This document shows, one piece after another, positions 47,690 through 58,386 of a stretch of 64,000 nucleotides of DNA. The notes under the pieces are model-generated. The model searched no databases. It was not told where the DNA came from and worked only from the letters and a program-made list of their open reading frames with translations. The position numbers were made by a program, and so were the translations under genes. The DNA comes from Candidatus Kapaibacterium sp. (GTDB taxonomy: Bacteria; Bacteroidota; Ignavibacteria; Kapaibacteriales; UBA2268): contig OY762428.1 in the NCBI GenBank assembly GCA_963665665.1, positions 1,056,001-1,120,000 on the forward strand, written 5' to 3'. Each line of letters opens with the position of its first letter. Position 1 is the stretch's first letter.

Positions 47690-48078
47690 AATAAGACCTT
47701 AGATTATTAATGGAACAAAAAATTAATTTGAAATTTGTAAAATATCTATTCAAAAATTCATTATACATTTAATTGTAAAATCCCTGATATTTATTTAACT
47801 ATTAATATTTTCAATCATTTATTTTAACATCTCTTTTGGTTTTTAAATCCCCCGTCGGTGTACATCCTAATTTACGCTGTTACACAAAATACAAACAAAT
47901 ATAAAAAAGAAAAATATGCCAAGCAAAATATTTTTAACCATTCTTAATAAATATTAATTCAGACTAACCCTCTTATAAGTAGGATTAATCGTTGTTTTCA
48001 ATTTTTGTGTAATTTACCTGACAGTTTCAATCTCCTGAATTACTTTTTCCTATTAATTTACCTGTAAAATAATTTAAT

Positions 48079-48094
48079 TACAATTTCCATGCCA
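48079..48094 (-). promoter_or_regulatory. Possible degenerate sigma54 promoter upstream of the 3794-aa gene
   Basis: TGGCATGGAAATTGTA has the correct GG-N10 spacing, but GT replaces GC at -12. Confidence 0.3.
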
Positions 48095-48183
48095 CAGTAA
48101 TATTACTTAATTTTAATTATTTCAATTAAGTATTAGTACAAATCTAATTTATTTTTTTGTTCTTTTCAATAAGACTTTTCCAC

Positions 48184-48215
48184 AAAAAAAAAGCGCCCCC
48201 TGTCAGGGACGCTTT
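48184..48215 (-). terminator. Rho-independent terminator of the fibre gene
   Basis: Minus strand AAAGCGTCCCT-GACA-GGGGGCGCTTT followed by a T-run. Confidence 0.75.
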
Positions 48216-48238
48216 ATATTTTCGTCAATAATGTTTAA

Positions 48239-51200
48239 TTATTGAATTCTATGCCATACAAGGTTTGCATCAACAACAAACATTGCAGCATCACCAGGAT
48301 TTAATACTGTTGAATCAGCATCATCAAGTGTAAGAACTGCTGTTGCATTGCTGTTAATTACATAAAGAACCTGTCCTTCTTCTGAGTAACCGCCATCAGG
48401 TAGTGTAATATTTGTAGTGCCAAGATTAGCAGTAACATCAATTACAGTTGCCCAACCCAGATTTGTCCAGTTTGTTGAAAATGTCATTGCTGTAGCAGCA
48501 GCGGCATCAAGTTCAAAGTAGGAAAGAACTAATTTACCATAGGACATATGGAGTGTTGTTGCATTTGAATTTGTAGGTTCGTTTATGTTAGAATTAATAG
48601 TAGGATTACCTTCTGCAAGGATTGCTTCCCTTATATTAGCATAAGATGATACTTTAAGAGTACCATGGTTTACTTCAAGGTCGCCTCTTTCAATTACAAG
48701 TGCTTTACCAGTTTGATCAGATCCATTTGTATATTCATTACGAATAACAACTGTAGGATCTCCCGTAGGATCTGAAGTGTTAGTTGCAATAAGTGATGTT
48801 TCATCTGCTGTGGAGTTAGCAAATGTACCTGTGTGGCTGAATGTAAAGTCACCGTCGATTGCAATACCAGTGTTCCTTGTAAGAACTTCATAACCGTCAT
48901 AGTAGAGGTCTGATGAATATGTTCCGGAAGGAGCTGTGATAGAACCGTCGCTGGATACAACGATCTGATCAACGCCACCGGCCTGTACGCGAAGTGCACT
49001 TCCGATAACAACATCACCATCTGTCTGGATAGCTACGTCTGTTGCTGCACCTGTTGTGTTATTAACTCTTAATACAGGACTTGTTCCTGTTGCAGCATCA
49101 ATTCTAACGGTTCCGTCAACATCAACTACATCAAGGTTTGTTGTTCCGTCAACATCAAGATCACCGTTAATGTCAACATCATCTGTAACATTAAGGTCAT
49201 TGTTAACATTAATCGTATTGCCAACATATAGGTTATCTGTAACTGTTCCGGAAGAACCTACGATAAGTGTGCCTGAAACAGTCTGGTTTGTTACTTCAAG
49301 ATCATTTCCAACAAATACATCAGAGAATGAAGCATCTGCAGGAGTTGTAGCACCGATAGTAACATCATCCATTGTACCGCCATCAATATTTACATTAACA
49401 GCTGTGAAAGCAGTGTTAGCTTCAAGTGTTGTGAAGTAACCTGTTGCGCGTGTAGTATTACCAATGATTGTAGCATCGATATTACCACCATTTACGTCAA
49501 CGTCTGCAAATGTCTGTTCTGCAACCCAGCTGTTAGCATTGTTCATGTTAAGAGTAAGGCTGTTACTGTTTTCTGTAAGAGTACCGTCATACATAAGGTC
49601 AATCGGGTTAGCGGCTGTACCTGTACCTGTAATCGGGTGATCTGTTACAACTTCAGCATCGATACGAACTGTAGTACCAGTGTTAGTAGTAGTAATGTTT
49701 GTACCGCCTTCGAATGTGATAGCATGTGCAGCGTCTGTAAGATCAAATGCAGCACCTGCATCAGCACTTACAGAAGCGAATACTGTAGCATCAGCGATTT
49801 CAGTTGTACCAACAACGCCAGCATTAATATCAAGGTTAAGATCATCTGAATCTGTGCCTGTAATATTAATATCAGATGTAGTACCGTTATCATTAACAAG
49901 TACGTTAACGTTAGCAGCTGCTGTTAAGCGGCCATCTGCATCAACTGTAAATGTTGCAACTTCTGTAGCTGAACCATAAGAATCAGCAGAAACTGTTGTA
50001 GCAATAAGCTCATCAGCGCCAACTGAATTGTCAGCCATGTTGCGAAGCTCAACTGCGTTATCCTGGATCATACCATTTTCAATTGCAAGAGGCTGAATTG
50101 TGAAGCCAGCTGCATAGCTGCCGTCAATATCATTTACGATTGCAGGTGTATCATTGAATGTTACAACGTCAATACCATTTTCTGTAATGTCGCCGTTTAC
50201 TTCAAGGTCGCCAGTGAAAGTACCGCTGCCATTTACAACAACAGGGCCTGTAGCTGTGATAGCGTTTCCGCCAAGAGCTGATTCTACAACAAGTCCGTCA
50301 TAAACTGTTGCGCCGCCAGCTATTTCAGCGCCATTATCAACTGCAAGGAAGTTATGTATATCAACTCTTCCTGTGAAGTCACCTGTACCTGTTACAGTCA
50401 GATCACCATCAATATCAACATCGCCTGTAATGTCAGCACCGTCAGCGTTAACAAGAAGGCCACCGCTAACTATTTCAACACCCTGGTTAACCCAGAGGTC
50501 TTCATTAATTTCAACAAATCCGCCAAATACTGCTTCGCCAGTTGTAAAATCAATATAACCGTTAACGCCGTCCCATGTAAGGCCTGTGCCTGTTAATGTT
50601 GCGTTAGCACCTGCAGGATCGCCAACAAATAAGCCATTTGTGAAGTTCTGGATGTCTATCCATGTGTTTTCATGGTTCATGTTAAGTGAAAGGCTATTGC
50701 TGTTCTCTGTGAGAGAAGCATCATACCAGAGATCAATAGGATTGCCGGGTGTACCGTCGCCTACGATCGGGAAGTCAGTAATAACATCAGCTGAAATAAC
50801 TACTTCATTTGAGGCAGTTGCTTCGATATGAACGTTAGCATTACCTTCAACAAATGAGAATGTTCTGTTACCATTTGTAACATCAAATCCAGGACCGTTA
50901 TCGGCTGTTACTTCTGCGAAGATAGTTGCGCCGTTAATATCATCATTAACGATTGAACCGTCAACGATTTCTGTTGATCCAACAGTACTTGGATTAATAT
51001 CAAGTGTTAAGTCATCAGAATCTGTACCGCTGATTGCGATATCAGAAGCAGCATTATCGTCAACAAGAATATTAATGTTAGCTGCTGCTGTTAATCGGCC
51101 ATCTTCGTCTACAGTAAATGTTGCAACTTCTGTAGCAGAACCATAAGAATCAGCAGCAACTGCTGTTGCTATGAGTTCGTCCGGTCCAACAGAATTGTCA

Positions 51201-54200
51201 GCCATGTTGCGAAGTTCAACTGCGTCATCAGCAATGTAATCATTGATAACGCCATTGTCTTCAATACCAACTGTTGCATTAGTAGCAGGTGTAAGGTCTA
51301 CATTGATACCTCTGATACCTTCAATGCCTTTGCTGTTTGTAAGAGCACCTGGAGTATCCCATACTATAAATGGTTCGTCAATGTCAGCTTTGAGAGCAAG
51401 GCCGTCATCAACATAACCTTTTGTTGTTAATGTTGTACGTCCGTCTGCTGCATCTGTTTCATCTGAATAACCTTTTCCATCAAGATAAAGGTCTGCATGT
51501 CCGGTAATATCACCAGCTGCTTCAATGAAGTCATTAACTTCCAGACCTAATTCAACATAACCCTGGCCCCAGAACCAGAAGTCACCAAAGACACCATCAA
51601 TTTCAACCATTTCAACACCACCGTCATACATTGTAAGACCTTCAGATGAACCAAGGTATCCAGTCTGACCAATAGTAATTTCTGCACCACCCGGGAATGT
51701 AATATCATTGAAATTCTGATTTACTGCCCAGTTATTTACATGTGTCATGTTAAGAGTAAGGCTGCTGCTGTTAAGCGCGAGAGCTTCGTCGTAAGCAAGA
51801 GTAATTTCATCGCCAGGAATGCCTGAACCTACAACAGGATCAGCAGTCTGTACGAGAGCTGAAATTTCTACCTGGTTGCCAGGAAGAACTTCAATGCTTA
51901 CGTTAGGATTACCTTCAACAAAGTTGATTGCATTGTTAGTGTTTGTAACGTCGAATGAATCCATATCAGGATCAACAACTGTTGCAAATACAGCGTCGTC
52001 ATGAATATCGCCATTTACGATAGTACCATCAAGAATCTTAGCTGATGTTACAGCGTCAGGCTGAATTTCAAAACCGTTTGTATAATCACCGTCAATATCA
52101 AGTACTGTTAACGGGTTCATATCAACGTCTACAACATCAATACCATTGTGCTGAAGTGCACCGGCAAAGTTATAGTCCTGTGTAAGATCAACGTCTTCAG
52201 GAAGAATTGTACCGTTATCAATTTTATCAGTAGTTACAGCATTTGCTGCAAGTTTGTCATTATCAACTGCAAGATCAGCAATTTTTTCTGTTATAACAGC
52301 GCCATTAGCGATTTTTGTTGTTGTAACAGCTAAATTATCAATTTTGCCTGTTGTTACTGCAAGATTATTAATCTTACCTGTTGTTACTGCAAGGTCATCA
52401 ATTTTAGCAGTTGTTACACCAAGGTCAGTGATACCAACTGTAGCATTACCTGCAGCTGCAAGGTCAACTGTGATACCTTCCACGCCTGCAACGCCTTTGC
52501 TGTTTGTCAGGTTTGTAGGAGTATCCCATACAAGGTAAGGCTCGTCTTCAAGAAGGTCGATATGATCTTCTACCCAGCCTTTTGTAACCATAGTATTAAT
52601 AGGATCAGCATCAACTGTTACGTCTGAATAGCCTTTTCCTGTTATGTTAAGGTCGCCCATGATATCAACGTTTGCATCAAATTCTGCATCGCCGTCAACA
52701 TCAAATGTACCGTCAACCCAAACGTTTCCAACAACATTCAAATTCTGTGAGAATGTTGAGCTTTCATCAACAAGAAGAGCACCGTGGATTGTTACATCAT
52801 CACTGATTTCCATCGGAGCGTCAGGAGCTACCGGAGGAGTAAGTGTTACGTGGAGTCCGTTAGGATCACCAACGATTACTTCTTCCATACCAAGAATTGT
52901 TGTAGCGCCGATTGTTGAGTTTGCCCAGATATCGCCATAAGTTTTGATAGCTGTTTTCATTGCAGCAGCATTTGTGTTGCGTACAACGAGAACTGCATTG
53001 TCAGCGTCTGTAGGATCAAGGATACCAGTTACATTTTCACTGTTACCTTCGATATACATTGCACGGCCTTCATTTCCGCCGCCTCTGATTACTTCAGCTA
53101 CGTATTCGTCAACTGCAGGATTAGACATTGCATAGAGTGCCTGGCCTGTTTCAGCTATACCAACGATAGCATCGGCTGTACCGTCTGCATCGCCATATAC
53201 TGCTGCTGCATCATCGTCACCGGCTGTAGCTTCAAGATAGAAAGCACCGGCTGCGTGCATACCTGTTGTATTATTAATTACTGTATGTTCAACAACGAGA
53301 GCAGCTGAGCTGTGTCCGTCGTCGCCATCAACATCCATATCAATATAAGCGCCAATTGCATTGTCTTCAAGAGTTGTTACATCAACGTCTACATGAAGAG
53401 CACCTTCGCCAAGCTGTCCGTCAGTTGTTCTGTTGATATCAACTGTAGGAACACCATTACCACCACCGGAAGCAACGATAGCTGAACCGGCTGTTGTAAG
53501 GTTAGAAGGAACTTCAGCAACGATAGCGTCGCCATTGTTAGTCATTGTTACTGTAAGACCATCGCCATTTGCGGCTGAAGAGTTTGTCAGGTCAACTACA
53601 TTGCCTGTACCGGCAGTTTTGTTGAGAGCAAACATTGTCTGGTCTTCATCATTATCTTTAGTTACCGGAACTGTGAAATCATCAATTGCCCAGTCAGCGT
53701 ATCCGTCACCACCGTCATTGTTCCATTTAAGAACATATTCGAATGTAGGATCAACTGCAGGTGCTGTACCTGTATAAACCCAGGCTGTTCCATTCCAGTA
53801 AGCCATCTGGCCAAGAGTATTAGCATCAGCAAACTTATCAAGAGTTACTGCGCCATCTTCAATTTTATCTGTTGTTACTGCATCGTCAGCAAGGTCATCT
53901 TCCATAACCTGGCCGTCAGCAATTTTCTCTGTTGTTACTGCATCATCAGCAAGTTTGCCATTTGTAACTGCAAGGTCAGCAATTTTTGCTGTTGTTACAT
54001 TAAGGTTAGCAATCTTATCTGTTGTTACATTACCGTCAGCAATTTTTACTGTTGTTACATTGCCGTCAGCAATTTTTTCTGTAATAACTGCTGCATCAGC
54101 AATTTTCTCTGTAGTAACGTTAAGATCAGCAATTTTAACTGTTGTTACTGCATCATTGTCAATCTTAGGTGTTGTCACTGCAAGGTCAGCGATTTTATCT

Positions 54201-57200
54201 GTTGTTACAGCGCCATTTGCAATATCAACTGTCTGAACAGAAAGGTCAGCGATTTCATCACTGCCAACTGCACCGGCGTTAATATCAAGTGTTAATGCAT
54301 TTGCAACTGCACCAGAGATAGAAATATCTGATGTAGCAACATCGTCGTCAACCCAGATGTCAACATTCTGTGCGAATGTTAAACGGCCATCTTCGTCAAC
54401 TGAGAACTGTGCAACTGCTGTTGATGTACCATAGTCGCCGCCTGTTACTGCTGTTGCAATAATTTCGTCCGGGCCTACGGAGTTATCAGCCATTTTTTCA
54501 AGTGTAACTGCATTTTCAGCAATTTTCATTTCTGTTACAGCGTCGTCAGCAATTTTTACTTCTGTTACTGCTGCATCAGCAATTTTTGCTGTTGTTACAT
54601 TAAGGTCAGCAATCTTTGTTGTAATAACTGCTGCATCAGCGATTTTTTCTGTTGTTACATTAAGATCACGGATTTTACGAGTAGTTACAGCAGCATCTTC
54701 AAGTTTAGGTGTAGTTACTGCATTGTTAGCGATTGTACGAGTAATGATAGCGTTATCCTGAATATCAACATCCTGGATTGAGAGGTCAATGATCTCGTCG
54801 CTGCCAACTGTACTCGGGTTAATGTCGAGAGTTAAGCTTGATGAAACCGGGCCACTGATAGCAATATCAGAAGCAAGTACTTCATCAACAAGAATATCTA
54901 CATTCTGTGCGAATGTAAGGCGGCCGTCTGCATCAACTGCGAACTGGCCTACTGCTGTTTCTGTTCCGTAATCGCCGGCTACAACCGCTGTTTCAATCAG
55001 TTCGTCCGGGCCTACTGAACCGTCAGCCATTTTATCTAATGTTACAGCATTGTCAGCAAGTTTTGCTTCTGTTACTGCTTCATTCTGAATTTTCGGTGTT
55101 GTTACTGCTTCGTCAGCAATTGTACGTGTGATAATTGCATTGTCAGCAATATCAACATCCTGGATAGAAAGGTCAATGATTTCATCACTGCCTACTGTGC
55201 TGGGATCAATTTCAAGTGTAAGAGCTGATGATACGCCACCGCTGATTGAGATATCAGAAGCTACTACATCATCTACAAGAATGTTTACATCCTGTGCGAA
55301 TGTAAGGCGGCCGTCTGCGTCTACTGTGAACTGGCCAACTGCTGTTTCTGTACCATAAGTACCGCCAACAACTGCTGTTTCGATAAGTTCGTCAGGACCA
55401 ACTGAACGGTCAGCCATTTTATCTAATGTTACAGCATCTTGAGCAATTTTTGCTTCTGTTACTGCTTCATTCTGGATTGTACGTGTTGTTACTGCTTCGT
55501 CAGCAATTGTGCGAGTGATAATTGCGTTGTCTGCAATATCTTCTGCAAGAATTGTCTGCTGAGCAATTTCTGTTGTTGTTACAACGTTAGGATTGATCTG
55601 AAGATCAAGCATATCCGGCATGTCATTATTAACAAGGATGTCTGAGTTCTGGCCGTCGTCGGCAAGTCTCATTTCAACCCAGTCCATACCGTTCCATTTC
55701 AGCATAACGCCGTCCATGCCTTCACCATTCTGAAGTTTAGAATAAGTGATAGCGTCGTCAGCGATGTCTGCTGTAATGATTGTTTCATCAAGGATAGTAC
55801 GTGAGTCAATTTCACCGTCTGCAATCATTGCATTGCGGAGGAAGTCATTGAACCAGCGTGTACCATTGAAGAAAAGTATATTATTTTCGCCAACGCCTTC
55901 TTTCCACATTTCAATGGGTTCGTCGTAGCCGTTGCCGATAATTTCGTTAGCTGTGTTGATAAGAGCGTGGGGAACTTCCCATCTCATCTGCATTGCTGTG
56001 TTGTCCCATGTAAGAACATAACCATCTTCAAGAGCTGTAGGCTGAAGTGGTGTAGCATTCAGGTTGTTAGGCTCGATAAGCTGAGCTTCCCATGTACCTG
56101 ATGCCTGGTTGAAATAGAGAACTGAATTTTCGTTACCAACGTATTCTGCATCATCTCTAAGTTTGATAGGATCATCAGCATTACCGCGACCTGTGATCGG
56201 GTGATGTGTTGAAACCATGGGAACGCCCCAGTAGAATTCGCCTGTTGCAGCATCCCATACCGGTGAGTACTGGTCTGCAGCAGGTTTTGACCATGTAAGT
56301 TCATTCGGTGTATCAACTTTATAGTTATAATACATGAAAGTACCAACATAACCCATACCTGGTTTGTCAACTGTTTCGCCTTCTTCTGTGCTGGCATAAA
56401 TTTCTCTTACGCCTGCTACATCAGGATAAAGCTGAAGGTCAAGAGCATCAATGTCTGTTCCAACAACTTCAATGTCTGAATTAGTCATGTCATCTTCTGC
56501 CTGGATAAGAACATCTTCAGCAAAAGTTAAACGACCGTCTTCGTCAACTGTGAAAGTACCAACGTTATATTCATCACCATAATCGCCAGCCATTACAGTT
56601 GTTGCCTGAAGTTCAAAAGGAGTAACTGCTTCTTCAGCAATTTTCTCTGTTGTAACCTGGCGATCACCAATATCTGCTGTAAGAATTGTGCCGTCCATGA
56701 TTTTGTCTGTTGTTACAGCATCGGGGCCAATTTTTTCGTTTGTTACAGCAAGATCAGCGATCTTCGGAGTTGTTATCTGCATGTCGGCAATATCTTCTGT
56801 AAGGATAGTACCGTTCATGATTTTGTCTGTTGTTACAGCATCCGGGCCAATTTTAATATTGGTTACCGCGCCGTTTGCAATTTTAACTGTAGTAACAGCG
56901 CCGTCAAAGATGCGGTCTGTTTTTACAGCGCCAACAGCGATCAGCGGATCAGGATAAGTGCCTGTCAGATCGCCTGCGGCCGGGCCACTCGGAGGAGTAG
57001 TTACATTCGGAGCAAGGTGTTCCTGAGTAATGGAACCAGCTTCGATATTGTCAATGATAGCCTGAGGATCGATACCCGGATTCGGATATTCGCCTGTCAG
57101 AACACCACCGGCCGGGCCAATCGGAATTGCCTGAACGCCGGGAGCAAGTTTTTCCTGAGTAATCGCGCCGTCAACAACATCCATTGCTACTCTTGCAGTA

Positions 57201-57595
57201 TCGGCATCGATAGCATACATAGCATAAGGATTAGCTGTTAACCTTGTCCTCGGGAATGGAGTACCGTTACCAACAGTTACTTCAAGCCAGTAAGGCCTGT
57301 TGAAAGTAAAGTTGATAGGATTCTGAGTACCGAGGTAAACATTTACGAAGCCATCAACGGAATTCACGTCCTGGATTTCAACCCAGATAGGACTTCCGCC
57401 GAACTCGTCTTCATAAATTCTGAAAGTCACGGGTGTCCCCCCGTCGGCTATTGGTTCGTTATTCTCATCAAGCAAACTTGCCTGGTAGTTCAGGACTCTC
57501 GGAACAGTTTCATCTGCTGCCCAAGACTGAGTAAACTGAGCCATGGCAAGGATTGCTACTAGAACGAAACTTAGAAGAATAGATTTCTTCATCAT
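48239..57595 (-). CDS. Giant (3118 aa) exported phage-tail-fibre-like repeat protein
   Basis: Signal peptide, N-terminal VPRVLNYQASLLD...RTRLTANPYAMYA domain, dozens of AVTT.KIAD. decapeptides, six YG....V..F.VD.DGRLT.A units, G.LTG.YP.P and PI.G.G....PI.L motifs. No T9SS C-terminal domain. Confidence 0.85.
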   Translation of the reverse strand: MMKKSILLSFVLVAILAMAQFTQSWAADETVPRVLNYQASLLDENNEPIADGGTPVTFRIYEDEFGGSPIWVEIQDVNSVDGFVNVYLGTQNPINFTFNRPYWLEVTVGNGTPFPRTRLTANPYAMYAIDADTARVAMDVVDGAITQEKLAPGVQAIPIGPAGGVLTGEYPNPGIDPQAIIDNIEAGSITQEHLAPNVTTPPSGPAAGDLTGTYPDPLIAVGAVKTDRIFDGAVTTVKIANGAVTNIKIGPDAVTTDKIMNGTILTEDIADMQITTPKIADLAVTNEKIGPDAVTTDKIMDGTILTADIGDRQVTTEKIAEEAVTPFELQATTVMAGDYGDEYNVGTFTVDEDGRLTFAEDVLIQAEDDMTNSDIEVVGTDIDALDLQLYPDVAGVREIYASTEEGETVDKPGMGYVGTFMYYNYKVDTPNELTWSKPAADQYSPVWDAATGEFYWGVPMVSTHHPITGRGNADDPIKLRDDAEYVGNENSVLYFNQASGTWEAQLIEPNNLNATPLQPTALEDGYVLTWDNTAMQMRWEVPHALINTANEIIGNGYDEPIEMWKEGVGENNILFFNGTRWFNDFLRNAMIADGEIDSRTILDETIITADIADDAITYSKLQNGEGMDGVMLKWNGMDWVEMRLADDGQNSDILVNNDMPDMLDLQINPNVVTTTEIAQQTILAEDIADNAIITRTIADEAVTTRTIQNEAVTEAKIAQDAVTLDKMADRSVGPDELIETAVVGGTYGTETAVGQFTVDADGRLTFAQDVNILVDDVVASDISISGGVSSALTLEIDPSTVGSDEIIDLSIQDVDIADNAIITRTIADEAVTTPKIQNEAVTEAKLADNAVTLDKMADGSVGPDELIETAVVAGDYGTETAVGQFAVDADGRLTFAQNVDILVDEVLASDIAISGPVSSSLTLDINPSTVGSDEIIDLSIQDVDIQDNAIITRTIANNAVTTPKLEDAAVTTRKIRDLNVTTEKIADAAVITTKIADLNVTTAKIADAAVTEVKIADDAVTEMKIAENAVTLEKMADNSVGPDEIIATAVTGGDYGTSTAVAQFSVDEDGRLTFAQNVDIWVDDDVATSDISISGAVANALTLDINAGAVGSDEIADLSVQTVDIANGAVTTDKIADLAVTTPKIDNDAVTTVKIADLNVTTEKIADAAVITEKIADGNVTTVKIADGNVTTDKIANLNVTTAKIADLAVTNGKLADDAVTTEKIADGQVMEDDLADDAVTTDKIEDGAVTLDKFADANTLGQMAYWNGTAWVYTGTAPAVDPTFEYVLKWNNDGGDGYADWAIDDFTVPVTKDNDEDQTMFALNKTAGTGNVVDLTNSSAANGDGLTVTMTNNGDAIVAEVPSNLTTAGSAIVASGGGNGVPTVDINRTTDGQLGEGALHVDVDVTTLEDNAIGAYIDMDVDGDDGHSSAALVVEHTVINNTTGMHAAGAFYLEATAGDDDAAAVYGDADGTADAIVGIAETGQALYAMSNPAVDEYVAEVIRGGGNEGRAMYIEGNSENVTGILDPTDADNAVLVVRNTNAAAMKTAIKTYGDIWANSTIGATTILGMEEVIVGDPNGLHVTLTPPVAPDAPMEISDDVTIHGALLVDESSTFSQNLNVVGNVWVDGTFDVDGDAEFDANVDIMGDLNITGKGYSDVTVDADPINTMVTKGWVEDHIDLLEDEPYLVWDTPTNLTNSKGVAGVEGITVDLAAAGNATVGITDLGVTTAKIDDLAVTTGKINNLAVTTGKIDNLAVTTTKIANGAVITEKIADLAVDNDKLAANAVTTDKIDNGTILPEDVDLTQDYNFAGALQHNGIDVVDVDMNPLTVLDIDGDYTNGFEIQPDAVTSAKILDGTIVNGDIHDDAVFATVVDPDMDSFDVTNTNNAINFVEGNPNVSIEVLPGNQVEISALVQTADPVVGSGIPGDEITLAYDEALALNSSSLTLNMTHVNNWAVNQNFNDITFPGGAEITIGQTGYLGSSEGLTMYDGGVEMVEIDGVFGDFWFWGQGYVELGLEVNDFIEAAGDITGHADLYLDGKGYSDETDAADGRTTLTTKGYVDDGLALKADIDEPFIVWDTPGALTNSKGIEGIRGINVDLTPATNATVGIEDNGVINDYIADDAVELRNMADNSVGPDELIATAVAADSYGSATEVATFTVDEDGRLTAAANINILVDDNAASDIAISGTDSDDLTLDINPSTVGSTEIVDGSIVNDDINGATIFAEVTADNGPGFDVTNGNRTFSFVEGNANVHIEATASNEVVISADVITDFPIVGDGTPGNPIDLWYDASLTENSNSLSLNMNHENTWIDIQNFTNGLFVGDPAGANATLTGTGLTWDGVNGYIDFTTGEAVFGGFVEINEDLWVNQGVEIVSGGLLVNADGADITGDVDIDGDLTVTGTGDFTGRVDIHNFLAVDNGAEIAGGATVYDGLVVESALGGNAITATGPVVVNGSGTFTGDLEVNGDITENGIDVVTFNDTPAIVNDIDGSYAAGFTIQPLAIENGMIQDNAVELRNMADNSVGADELIATTVSADSYGSATEVATFTVDADGRLTAAANVNVLVNDNGTTSDINITGTDSDDLNLDINAGVVGTTEIADATVFASVSADAGAAFDLTDAAHAITFEGGTNITTTNTGTTVRIDAEVVTDHPITGTGTAANPIDLMYDGTLTENSNSLTLNMNNANSWVAEQTFADVDVNGGNIDATIIGNTTRATGYFTTLEANTAFTAVNVNIDGGTMDDVTIGATTPADASFSDVFVGNDLEVTNQTVSGTLIVGSSGTVTDNLYVGNTINVNNDLNVTDDVDINGDLDVDGTTNLDVVDVDGTVRIDAATGTSPVLRVNNTTGAATDVAIQTDGDVVIGSALRVQAGGVDQIVVSSDGSITAPSGTYSSDLYYDGYEVLTRNTGIAIDGDFTFSHTGTFANSTADETSLIATNTSDPTGDPTVVIRNEYTNGSDQTGKALVIERGDLEVNHGTLKVSSYANIREAILAEGNPTINSNINEPTNSNATTLHMSYGKLVLSYFELDAAAATAMTFSTNWTNLGWATVIDVTANLGTTNITLPDGGYSEEGQVLYVINSNATAVLTLDDADSTVLNPGDAAMFVVDANLVWHRIQ

Positions 57596-57659
57596 TTAGT
57601 TCCCCTAAAATGGTTATACAAATAAATTTCACTATAACTTAATGTTATTATTTTCATAG

Positions 57660-58247
57660 TTATCTTACTAATACCATTACATTTCGCAAATTATAAGCTC
57701 TGAAGCTGTCGCCTGCCATCTGGGCCGGTTTAACAACCAGTTCATAAAGATAAGAACCGGAGGCAGCATCTGTACCTGTAAAGTCTTTTCCGTCCCAGGC
57801 TGCCTGCTGTTCGCCGGAATTCTGATATCCGCTGAACAGTTCTTTAACTTTGTTACCTGAAACATCGTAAACAGTTAATGTAACGTAGGCGTAACCCGGC
57901 AGGAAGTACTGAACTGTAGTACTGCTGCTGAACGGGTTAGGGTAGTTCGAAAGCCTTGCTTCCGGTGGTGTCGGTTCCGGCACATCAACGCCCTGGTTTG
58001 CCTTCGGCACCCAGTAACCCTGATATACATCGATGATCTCGCCCGAATCTCCGTTCGAGATCTTCTCGATTGCTAACTGCCCAATCATCCCCGACATTTT
58101 CATGCCTGAAGAATTTTGAGCAGCAACCATTCCACCGCTGCCCATTGCCCACTTCTGAATGCGAACATTCTGTGAGAACAGGCCGCTCATCGTCAGCGGC
58201 GCAAGGATGCTGACAATGAGGAGTAACCTAAAGTGTTTTTTCATCAT
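57660..58247 (-). CDS. Small T9SS cargo protein (short beta-rich N-domain plus FlgD-Ig-type C-terminal sorting domain)
   Basis: Signal peptide, SGG...MSGMIGQ...YQGYW, then LSNYPNPFSSSTTVQY...VYDVSGNKVKEL...WDGKD..G...ASGSYLY. AGGAG ribosome-binding site. Confidence 0.85.
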   Translation of the reverse strand: MMKKHFRLLLIVSILAPLTMSGLFSQNVRIQKWAMGSGGMVAAQNSSGMKMSGMIGQLAIEKISNGDSGEIIDVYQGYWVPKANQGVDVPEPTPPEARLSNYPNPFSSSTTVQYFLPGYAYVTLTVYDVSGNKVKELFSGYQNSGEQQAAWDGKDFTGTDAASGSYLYELVVKPAQMAGDSFRAYNLRNVMVLVR

Positions 58248-58370
58248 GTGAACTCCTGTAGAAACTTACTATATAGACATTCATTTACTTATCTATCTTA
58301 AAAATTATTTTTTCAATCTTCGCGTATCTTCGAGGTTTAATTTTACATAGAACCCCGGATAGGGTATTCA

Positions 58371-58386
58371 AGCAAAATTTATGCCA
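58371..58386 (-). promoter_or_regulatory. Sigma54 (RpoN) -24/-12 promoter
   Basis: Minus strand TGGCATAAATTTTGCT matches TGGCA-N7-TTGCW (GG-N10-GC), about 124 bp upstream of the 58247 start. Confidence 0.65.

Noticed and set aside
47905-47922. Sigma54 promoter at TTGGCATATTTTTC (also TGGCATAAATTATTTC near 23601-23616)
   Set aside because: There is no GC at the -12 position with the required spacing.
48239-48800. Diversity-generating retroelement target at the fibre tip
   Set aside because: No reverse transcriptase and no template/variable repeat pair differing at adenines was seen in this window.
48239-57595. Prophage or tailocin
   Set aside because: The fibre has a Sec signal peptide and host-like codon use, and there are no capsid, baseplate, sheath, integrase or lysis genes nearby.
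36305-57595. The many short alternative-frame and antisense ORFs within the two giant genes
   Set aside because: These are shadows of biased codon usage and repeats, with no recognisable motifs.
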